From an uncultured virus (IMG/VR IMGVR_UViG_3300030019_000018) (lineage: Duplodnaviria; Heunggongvirae; Uroviricota; Caudoviricetes; Crassvirales): 64,000 bases of DNA. This document shows, piece by piece, positions 56,912-64,000 of the stretch; within the stretch, counting starts at the first letter, position 1, and each line of letters begins with the position of its first letter. A program made the position numbers and the translations under genes. The DNA is taken from IMG/VR virus record IMGVR_UViG_3300030019_000018. One strand, given 5' to 3'. The notes beneath the pieces are model-generated. The model saw nothing but the letters and a program-made list of their open reading frames with translations, was not told where the DNA came from and made no database searches.

Positions 56912-58217
56912 GATAATAGATATACAAAAAGAAGTAGAATATAATGTATTTAAATCTGTAAAATATCAAAGTTTTACATTTTCAGGTGGAGAGGTAAGTG
57001 TTAAGATTAATGAAGATCTTACTAATGAAAATTTTAGAATATTAGCTAGAATTGATAATTCTGAAGAATTAGTAAAATTATTAATGGTTAAAGAGGCTTT
57101 AGATGCTTTAAAACCTACTGAAGTACATTTATATATGCCTTATCTTCCTTATGCTAGGCAAGATAGAAGATGTGAGCATGGTGAAGCTTTTAGTTTAAAA
57201 GTGTTTTGTAATATAATTAACTTTATGAATTTCAATTCAGTAAAAATATTAGATTGTCATTCTGATGTTGGTGCTGCGTTATTAAATAATGTAATAAATA
57301 CAAGTAACAACTCTTTAATTGCTGGCTTTTGTTTAGATACTGAAGATTTAGTATTAATATCTCCAGATGCAGGTTCTAATAAAAAGATTAATAAATTAGC
57401 TCAAAAATATCAATTTGATAGTATAGTTAAATGTGATAAAACTAGAGATACTAAAACAGGGCAATTAACTGGATTTGAAGTATTTACAGATGATTTACTA
57501 CATAAAAATTGCATTATTATAGATGATATTTGTGATGGTGGTGGTACTTTTATTGGATTAGCTCAAGAACTTAAAAAGAAAAATGCTGGTAATTTATATT
57601 TAATGGTTACACATGGTATATTTTCTAAAGGATTTGATGAATTAAATAAATATTTTAGTAAAATTTATTGTACTAATTCTATTAAAGATATTACTAATGG
57701 TAATGGTGAACAACCTGAGCATAAAGGGGCAATAGAACTTCTTTGGGATATATTTGGTGGTACTATTAATGAACAAGGTTATAAAGTTTTAGACTCTCAT
57801 ATTGGAGCTATATATGGAGATAGTATTACTTTAGAAAGACAAGTTGAAATTTATAAAAGTCTTGAAACTAAAGGATTTGCCTCTACTAATATTACTTTAG
57901 GAGTTGGATCATTTACTTATCAATATAACACTAGAGATACATTTGGGTTTGCAGCAAAAGGAGCTTGGTTTGAAGCTAATGGTGTAGGATATGATATATA
58001 CAAAGATCCAGTTACAGATGATGGTATGAAAAAATCATTAAAAGGATTATGTACAGTATGTCAGAATGATGTAACTGGAGATTATTATGTGTTAGATCAA
58101 TCTACCAAAGAGCAAGAAGAGCAAAGAGAATTAAAAGTTATATATGAAAATGGTAATTTTTATAATCAAACTTCTATTACAGATATAAGAGAAATAATTA
58201 TTAATCAACACAAATAA
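56907..58217 (+). CDS. Ribose-phosphate pyrophosphokinase-like (PRS/Adps) domain fused in frame to a C-terminal NAMPT/Namat fragment
   Basis: Frame open from 56907 and includes FSGGE upstream of the first ATG (57084). PRS motifs: PYARQDR, SPDAG, IIDDICDGGGTF, VTHGIF, TNS. NAMPT-like motifs: IYGDSI, GVGSFTYQYNTRDT, KDPVTD, KKSLKG. Confidence 0.85.
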   Translation, partial: NKIIDIQKEVEYNVFKSVKYQSFTFSGGEVSVKINEDLTNENFRILARIDNSEELVKLLMVKEALDALKPTEVHLYMPYLPYARQDRRCEHGEAFSLKVFCNIINFMNFNSVKILDCHSDVGAALLNNVINTSNNSLIAGFCLDTEDLVLISPDAGSNKKINKLAQKYQFDSIVKCDKTRDTKTGQLTGFEVFTDDLLHKNCIIIDDICDGGGTFIGLAQELKKKNAGNLYLMVTHGIFSKGFDELNKYFSKIYCTNSIKDITNGNGEQPEHKGAIELLWDIFGGTINEQGYKVLDSHIGAIYGDSITLERQVEIYKSLETKGFASTNITLGVGSFTYQYNTRDTFGFAAKGAWFEANGVGYDIYKDPVTDDGMKKSLKGLCTVCQNDVTGDYYVLDQSTKEQEEQRELKVIYENGNFYNQTSITDIREIIINQHK

Positions 58218-58222
58218 ATAAA

Positions 58223-58426
58223 ATGGAAGTAACTTTAGATTTACATGTACCTGAAAAATTTGATTTTAATAATCCTAGTAATTGTTTATATGACTATAGC
58301 TCTGAGCATTGTGATATAGATGTCATTTGTAAAAAAGGTGAATGTGAACAATGTATTTTATATTCAGATTTTATTTTACGAAAAGCTAAAGAACAATATG
58401 TCAAGAATCAGATTCAAGGTTACTAA
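58223..58426 (+). CDS. Small Cys-rich protein
   Basis: 67 aa, five Cys including CEQC. Confidence 0.5.
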   Translation: MEVTLDLHVPEKFDFNNPSNCLYDYSSEHCDIDVICKKGECEQCILYSDFILRKAKEQYVKNQIQGY

Positions 58427-58619
58427 GGATTTTTATTATCCTAAAACTAATAAGAGAATTTGGGAATATAGTTATCAATCAGATGGTTGTAATGATCTAT
58501 CTAACCACTGTAAAAGAGATAGAACTTCTCTTTCTATTTGTAATGATTATATTTTTCATTTCACAAATTTAGACTTTTTTAATGAAGTTAAGCAATTATT
58601 TAAAAGTAAAGAATTATGA
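58398..58619 (+). CDS. Small hypothetical protein
   Basis: ATG at 58398 (MSRIRFKV...); ATGA overlap with the next gene. Confidence 0.45.
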   Translation: MSRIRFKVTKDFYYPKTNKRIWEYSYQSDGCNDLSNHCKRDRTSLSICNDYIFHFTNLDFFNEVKQLFKSKEL

Positions 58620-58978
58620 ATAATTTAAAAGTAGTATATATAAGCTCTACATATTTAAAATTTGACAATGGTGTAAAATTATATTCAGATCATGACACAG
58701 AATATTATGAAAAACATTATTTAGATTTTGAACACTTAGATTTAGAAGATTTTAAGAATTTAGAATTTGATTTAACAACAGATAATTTTTTTAGAAGAAT
58801 TGATGGTTATGGTATTGAATTAATTCCTATTAAAGGTGGGTCAGTAAAAATTCCAGGTTATGCAAGTAATAATGGTTATTACTCTGATAAATTAACTTTA
58901 ATAATAAGTGATGGTAAAAGTTTCAATAAAGAATTTGATATTACAGAATGTCAATGTCATACAAAAGATGATTATTAA
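58616..58978 (+). CDS. Hypothetical phage protein
   Basis: 'IPGYASNNGYYS' motif. Confidence 0.6.
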   Translation: MNNLKVVYISSTYLKFDNGVKLYSDHDTEYYEKHYLDFEHLDLEDFKNLEFDLTTDNFFRRIDGYGIELIPIKGGSVKIPGYASNNGYYSDKLTLIISDGKSFNKEFDITECQCHTKDDY

Positions 58979-58981
58979 TAT

Positions 58982-59164
58982 ATGAGAAAAGAAGGATATT
59001 ATTGGGTAAAGTATAAATATTATAATGGATTCAAAGAATGGTTAGTTGCATATTTTAATAATAGTATGGATACAAATTATTGGGCTATAGTTAGGACTAA
59101 TAATATTTTTACTGATACTGATTTTGAAGAAATAAATGAGAGAAGACTTGAAAAACCTGAATAA
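58982..59164 (+). CDS. Small hypothetical protein
   Basis: 'MRKEGYYWVK'. Confidence 0.55.
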   Translation: MRKEGYYWVKYKYYNGFKEWLVAYFNNSMDTNYWAIVRTNNIFTDTDFEEINERRLEKPE

Positions 59165-59166
59165 AA

Positions 59167-60315
59167 ATGTGTGAAAATGAAGATAAAAGTTTAATAAAAA
59201 GAGTAAGACAATCTTTAAATGACAGAAGGAATAGATTAATTGATGGTAAAATTAATTGTATTCCTTCTCCTTTTAAAAGATTTTCAAATGATTTTGTTGG
59301 AATAGAACAAGGTAAATATTATGTAGTAACTGGTAATACTAAAAGTGCCAAAACTCAATTAAGTTCATTTATATTTTTATTTAATAGTGTAATATATGCA
59401 TTTAAAAATCCAAATAAGATTAAATTAAAAATATTTTATTACCCTTTAGAAGAAACTCCAGAGGTAATAACTGAAAGATTTATTTGTTTTCTTTTATATA
59501 TGTTAACAGATACAAAAATTAGAATATCTCCTTTAGATTTAAAATCTACTTCAGAGGGTAAACCTTTAGATTTAGAAATACTAAAAATAATTGATACAGA
59601 TGAGTATCAAGATATTTTAAAATTTTATGAATCTACAGTAATATTTTCTAATTCTAGAAATCCATTTGGAATATACAATGAATGTAGAAATTATGCTTTA
59701 AATAATGGAAAATTACATAATAAAAGCAAAACTATTGTTAACAATGAAACTAAAGAAACTAAGGAAATTGAAGTATTGAATTACTATGAACCTAATGATC
59801 CTAATGAATATAAATTAATTATTATAGATCATATAGGTTTAATTACCACAGAAAAAGGTATGGATTTAAGACAATCCATAAATAAATTATCATCAGAATA
59901 CTTAGTACAACTTAGAAATAAATATAAATTTACTCCTGTAGTAATACAACAACAAACTGCTGATACAGAAAGTTCTGATAATTTTAAAATTGGTAAATTA
60001 AAACCCAGTTTAAATGGGGCTGCAGATTCTAAATATACAATGAGGGATTGTAATATTGCTTTGGGTATATTTAGTCCTTTTAGGCATGAGTTGCCTAGTT
60101 ATTTAGGATATGATATTACATATTATAGAGGTAATATTAGATTTATGGAAGTGATGATTAATAGAGAAGGAGAATCTAATGGTGTAGTAGCTTTATTATT
60201 TGATGGAGCTGTTAACTTATTTGCAGAATTACCATTACCCAATTCTAAAGAGGATTTTACACCTTATAAAAAAGTAATAGAAAGAGCAAAAAATAATATA
60301 ATTATAAATAAATAA
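59167..60315 (+). CDS. Replicative DnaB-like (SF4) helicase
   Basis: Walker A 'GNTKSAKT'; 'YPLEE'; Walker B 'IIIDHIGL'; 'VIQQ'; 'NREG'. Confidence 0.8.
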   Translation: MCENEDKSLIKRVRQSLNDRRNRLIDGKINCIPSPFKRFSNDFVGIEQGKYYVVTGNTKSAKTQLSSFIFLFNSVIYAFKNPNKIKLKIFYYPLEETPEVITERFICFLLYMLTDTKIRISPLDLKSTSEGKPLDLEILKIIDTDEYQDILKFYESTVIFSNSRNPFGIYNECRNYALNNGKLHNKSKTIVNNETKETKEIEVLNYYEPNDPNEYKLIIIDHIGLITTEKGMDLRQSINKLSSEYLVQLRNKYKFTPVVIQQQTADTESSDNFKIGKLKPSLNGAADSKYTMRDCNIALGIFSPFRHELPSYLGYDITYYRGNIRFMEVMINREGESNGVVALLFDGAVNLFAELPLPNSKEDFTPYKKVIERAKNNIIINK

Positions 60316-60320
60316 AATAA

Positions 60321-61022
60321 ATGGGAGTTATTGTAGGCATATTTGGTATGAGTGGGGATGGTAAAACAACATCTACAATTATTAATCCAGATGGAAAGTA
60401 TAATCCAACTGATTATAAAGGAATGGATCCAAAAAGCCATCTTATAATCAATTTGGATAAAAAAAGATTACCATTTCCAGGAGGAATGTGGGGAGTAGAA
60501 CAAAAGAATTATTTAGAAACTTCTGATATTGCAGAAATTAAAAGTTTAATTCAATTTGCTGCAAAAAATCCTGATATAAAAAGTATAACTTTAGATACTA
60601 TTAATTTATATTTAGCCTATAAAGAATATAATGATAGGAAGAAATTAACATTTGACAATTGGAGAGATATATCTAATGATCTAATTGAGATTAATACTTT
60701 ATGTAATACTATTCTTAGAGAAGATCAAATTGCTTATATTATGGGGCATGTTGAACTTATTACTGATGTAGATGGAAAAGAAAAGAAAGCATTAAGTGTA
60801 ATTGGTAAAAAGAGTAAAAGACAAATGCCTGAAGGTTTTTATCCTATTTGTTTATTTACTAGAGTAGAAAGTGATGGAGAAGGTGGTAATGAATATTTCT
60901 TTCAAACTAGAGCCTGTAATTCAACAGCTAAAACTCCCCTAGGATTGTTTAGTGATTTTGAAATTCCAAATAGTTTAAAATTAATTGACACAACCATTAG
61001 AGAATATTATAAAATTAAATAA
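60321..61022 (+). CDS. AAA ATPase (AAA_24/Sak4-like)
   Basis: GMSGDGKT, ITLDT, MGH, AKTP. Confidence 0.8.
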   Translation: MGVIVGIFGMSGDGKTTSTIINPDGKYNPTDYKGMDPKSHLIINLDKKRLPFPGGMWGVEQKNYLETSDIAEIKSLIQFAAKNPDIKSITLDTINLYLAYKEYNDRKKLTFDNWRDISNDLIEINTLCNTILREDQIAYIMGHVELITDVDGKEKKALSVIGKKSKRQMPEGFYPICLFTRVESDGEGGNEYFFQTRACNSTAKTPLGLFSDFEIPNSLKLIDTTIREYYKIK

Positions 61023-61023
61023 A

Positions 61024-61353
61024 ATGAATCAAGAAGAAAAGTTTTCACTTATAAGTAAATATTTAGATAAAGTTTTAAATAATGAAATTTCTATTTCTAG
61101 TAGTACACTTAATAAAGGTTTTATAAGTTATGATATTTTAAATGAAAAAAAAGATAAATATATTGGAAGATTTGAATATTATAAACATGGTTGGGATAGT
61201 ACTAATTATACTTTTAAAATCAATATATATTTTATAGGATTATTAATATTAGAATTAACTGAGGAACAAAACACTGAGATAGTATATAAATTAGATCAAC
61301 TACTTAAAATCATGAATGAAAAATTAATTGAACATTTAAAAACTATATTATAG
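61024..61353 (+). CDS. Hypothetical protein
   Basis: ATG at 61024 preferred over the upstream TTG. Confidence 0.5.
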   Translation: MNQEEKFSLISKYLDKVLNNEISISSSTLNKGFISYDILNEKKDKYIGRFEYYKHGWDSTNYTFKINIYFIGLLILELTEEQNTEIVYKLDQLLKIMNEKLIEHLKTIL

Positions 61354-61355
61354 AT

Positions 61356-61745
61356 ATGAAGTTAAATAGACAACAAACTAAAGCTCTTGCTATTAAAATA
61401 CAAGATGCTATTAGTAAAGAACAAATTAAACAAAATAATACTTTAACTGATTCTATAGAATATAAGAATTTTAAAACTAAAAATAAATTAGCTATTAAAT
61501 TATTAAAACTTCAAGAGGAGTTTAATAATGCAGGATACATAGGAACTAATTATTTTGGTTATATTATTGATAATTTTAAAAATATTAATTTTAAAGATAA
61601 ATTTTCAAAAATTAAAGTACCTGATCTATCTGTAATTGAAGCAGATATTTCTTTATCTTCTATAAATCCTGGAATTGGAACAAATGAAACATTAGAACTA
61701 GAAGAATTAATAAATAAATTAGCATTAACATATATAAATAAATAA
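61356..61745 (+). CDS. Hypothetical protein
   Basis: 129-aa ORF. Confidence 0.55.
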   Translation: MKLNRQQTKALAIKIQDAISKEQIKQNNTLTDSIEYKNFKTKNKLAIKLLKLQEEFNNAGYIGTNYFGYIIDNFKNINFKDKFSKIKVPDLSVIEADISLSSINPGIGTNETLELEELINKLALTYINK

Positions 61746-61751
61746 AAAAAA

Positions 61752-62081
61752 ATGAAAGAATTAAGTAAATTACAACAAAAGTTAGTAAATAATATTTTAA
61801 AAGAAAAGAAGATAACTCAAGGTAAGATTGACACTATTAATAAAAAGTATCAAGAAGTAATCACCAAATATCAAAATTTACTAAATCCATTGGAAGAAGA
61901 AATTACTTCTTTAAATACAGCTATTGGAAATTTCACTGGTGAAAGTTGGGAAACATTTGAAAACAATGGTAAAGTAGAAGAAACTGATACTACTACTTTA
62001 GTGGCTGATGAAACTGCTACAGTAGATTTAGTAGAAATTGATAAAGAAGATCCTAAGGTAGATATATTTCAAACAGTTTAA
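61752..62081 (+). CDS. Coiled-coil protein with acidic tail
   Basis: 109 aa. Confidence 0.55.
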   Translation: MKELSKLQQKLVNNILKEKKITQGKIDTINKKYQEVITKYQNLLNPLEEEITSLNTAIGNFTGESWETFENNGKVEETDTTTLVADETATVDLVEIDKEDPKVDIFQTV

Positions 62082-62189
62082 ATAAAAATTATGACTTGAT
62101 TATCTTGAAAGAATGGATATATTAGGTATAAAAATATTAAGAATAAAAAAACAAAAAGACAAATTAAAACAAATTAAATTAAAATAAAT

Positions 62190-63068
62190 ATGGGATTTGC
62201 AAAGGGAAAAGAATCAACAGAAGGAACAGGTAGTGTATTATTAAAAGGTATTGGTACAGTAAATGTAGTAGCTGTTAATCCTACTAAGGATGAATTATCT
62301 AAATTGTTTAATGCTACAATAGAGAAAGACCCAGAATATATTACAGAAAAAGATGGCGTAAAATCTGCTAGAATTGATTTCTATTTGAAGTCAGTTTCAG
62401 AGAAAAATAATGGTTTGGAATTTATTAAAAAATTAAGTTATTTCATTAGAAATGAACATTTTTATAATAAAGATGCAAGTAAAGTACAAATTATTGATAA
62501 ATATGGTTCTACTGCTTGGGCTACTAAAGAAGAAGTAGCTGCTGGAAAATTACCTGCCTATGCAGAACAATATGATAGTTGCACTATACCATTTAAACCT
62601 GCATATAAAGGGGAAGAAGAAATTGTAAGTTTCTTAAAAACATTCTTAATTATTTCAGGAAGAAAACGTTTAGATGCTAATAAAGGAGAGTGGGTTAATA
62701 TTAATAATTTAGAAGAAGCAGAAGCTGGATTAACTAAGATTTCTAGTTATTTTAAAGGTGATTTTAAAGAATTAAAAGATATTATTAACTATCAACCTGA
62801 TAATAAAATTCAAGCTATTTTTGGAGTAAAATCTACAGATGATGGCAAAGAGTATCAAGATGTATTTTCTACTGTACTTGGTAATAGAGTTAATAAATAT
62901 GACAAAATTGCTAAAATTATTGATGATAAAAAGGTAGCAGGTGCTTATGCTAATACTGAATTTTCTATAGAGCCAATTCATACATGTAGTATAGAAGCTA
63001 CTACTTTTACTAAGTCTGCAGAAGTAGAAAAAGAAGGAGAAGAATCAGAACTTCCTTGGAAATTCTAA
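62190..63068 (+). CDS. Putative single-stranded DNA-binding protein
   Basis: 292 aa; 'VVAVNPT'; acidic C-terminus ending 'ELPWKF'; between the AAA ATPase and the primase. Confidence 0.55.
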   Translation: MGFAKGKESTEGTGSVLLKGIGTVNVVAVNPTKDELSKLFNATIEKDPEYITEKDGVKSARIDFYLKSVSEKNNGLEFIKKLSYFIRNEHFYNKDASKVQIIDKYGSTAWATKEEVAAGKLPAYAEQYDSCTIPFKPAYKGEEEIVSFLKTFLIISGRKRLDANKGEWVNINNLEEAEAGLTKISSYFKGDFKELKDIINYQPDNKIQAIFGVKSTDDGKEYQDVFSTVLGNRVNKYDKIAKIIDDKKVAGAYANTEFSIEPIHTCSIEATTFTKSAEVEKEGEESELPWKF

Positions 63069-63071
63069 TAT

Positions 63072-64000
63072 ATGTTTGCAAGGGGAATTTCTAATAAAAA
63101 TTCTTTAGAAGATATAATTACACAAGTAAATGAGTATCAGATATTAAAATATTATTTTAATATTAACTCATTACCTTGTGTAATAAAATCCCCTTTAAGA
63201 GTAGATAAACATCCTTCATTTGGTATTACTTTATCAGAAAATTTTAAAGTGAAATTTAAAGATTTTGCTACTGGAGAAAATGGAAATATATTTACTCTTT
63301 TAAAGCTGTATTGTAAAATATCTTTTCAAGAATTAATAAATAAGATTTATAGTGATATAGAGGAAATAAAAAAGAAAAGATATAATAATATAAACTTAGT
63401 AATAAAGGATACTAAAAAAGATCATATTACTTATAATAGTAGTAGTGAGATGAAGGTGAAAGTCAGAGAATGGAAAGAATCTGATTTAGAGTATTGGAAA
63501 CAATATGGCATTGAACTGCCATTGTTAATTAAAAGTAATACTTACCCAATATCACATATTATTATAAAAAAGAAAGATAAATCTTATACATTTGGAACTG
63601 AAAAATATGCTTTTGCTTATATAGAGTATAAAGATAATACTCCAAGTATTAAAACTTATCAACCATACAGTAAAGAATATAAATGGAGAAATAACCACAA
63701 TCCTTCTGTATGGGACTTATGGGACTTATTACCTGCTAAAGGAAATACATTAATAATAACATCCAGTAGAAAAGATGCTTTAACTATTATTAATAATACT
63801 GGTACACCTGCAACTTCTTTACAAGCTGAAGGTTACTTTCCTAAAAAACAGGTAATTAATGAACTTAAAGGAAGGTTTAAAAAAATATTTATCTTCTATG
63901 ATAATGATTTTAATAAACCTATTAATTATGGACATAATTATGGTGCAGCTATTGCTAAAGAATTTAAATTGATTCAAATAGAAATACCTACAGAATATAT
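63072..64000 (+). CDS. DNA primase (TOPRIM), 3' end beyond window
   Basis: Translated by hand: 'SPLRVDKHPSFG...KDFATGE', 'ITSSRKDAL', 'SLQAEG', 'FYDND'. Confidence 0.8.
   Translation, partial: MFARGISNKNSLEDIITQVNEYQILKYYFNINSLPCVIKSPLRVDKHPSFGITLSENFKVKFKDFATGENGNIFTLLKLYCKISFQELINKIYSDIEEIKKKRYNNINLVIKDTKKDHITYNSSSEMKVKVREWKESDLEYWKQYGIELPLLIKSNTYPISHIIIKKKDKSYTFGTEKYAFAYIEYKDNTPSIKTYQPYSKEYKWRNNHNPSVWDLWDLLPAKGNTLIITSSRKDALTIINNTGTPATSLQAEGYFPKKQVINELKGRFKKIFIFYDNDFNKPINYGHNYGAAIAKEFKLIQIEIPTEY

Noticed and set aside
41278..62981. Short minus-strand ORFs in the early module (41278, 47936, 48692, 53637, 54187, 54406, 62772) and the nested 44686 ORF
   Set aside because: Antisense or out-of-frame overlaps of better-supported genes.
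1..64000. Stop-codon reassignment (TAG->Gln or TGA->Trp), known in some crAss-like phages
   Set aside because: Core genes are full length under code 11, TAG and TGA end apparently complete genes, and no suppressor tRNA is seen.

Overview
A 64-kb, very AT-rich segment of a crAss-like (Crassvirales) phage genome, standard genetic code, probably infecting a Bacteroidota host. The left ~40.5 kb (minus strand) is the late/virion module: cargo proteins (a giant one runs off the window), muzzle, ring proteins, IHF-like protein, auxiliary and major capsid proteins, lysis cassette, three tail fibres, portal, large terminase with an Ala-start class 3 LAGLIDADG intein, GroES-like, ferritin-like and DUF559 nuclease genes. 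It is driven by host-type TTTG-N19/20-TAnnTTTG promoters. Transcription diverges at ~41 kb into a plus-strand early/replication module: many small ORFs, two tRNAs, GH73 hydrolase, RNA ligase, SF2 helicase, adenine MTase, a PRPP-synthetase/NAMPT-fragment fusion, DnaB-like helicase, AAA ATPase, putative SSB and primase. Best leads: (i) a ~300-nt promoter-driven, GC-enriched structured RNA candidate directly upstream of the DUF559 endonuclease; (ii) an in-frame fusion of a full PRS/Adps domain to only the C-terminal part of NAMPT/Namat (a NARP1-like NAD+ counter-defence locus, rearranged or decaying); (iii) arrays of long hairpins with shared ends in the early region; (iv) a split GH108 endolysin; (v) several accessory genes disrupted by nonsense or frameshift lesions while core genes are intact. 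All assignments are from motif recognition and synteny by eye; no database searches were run.
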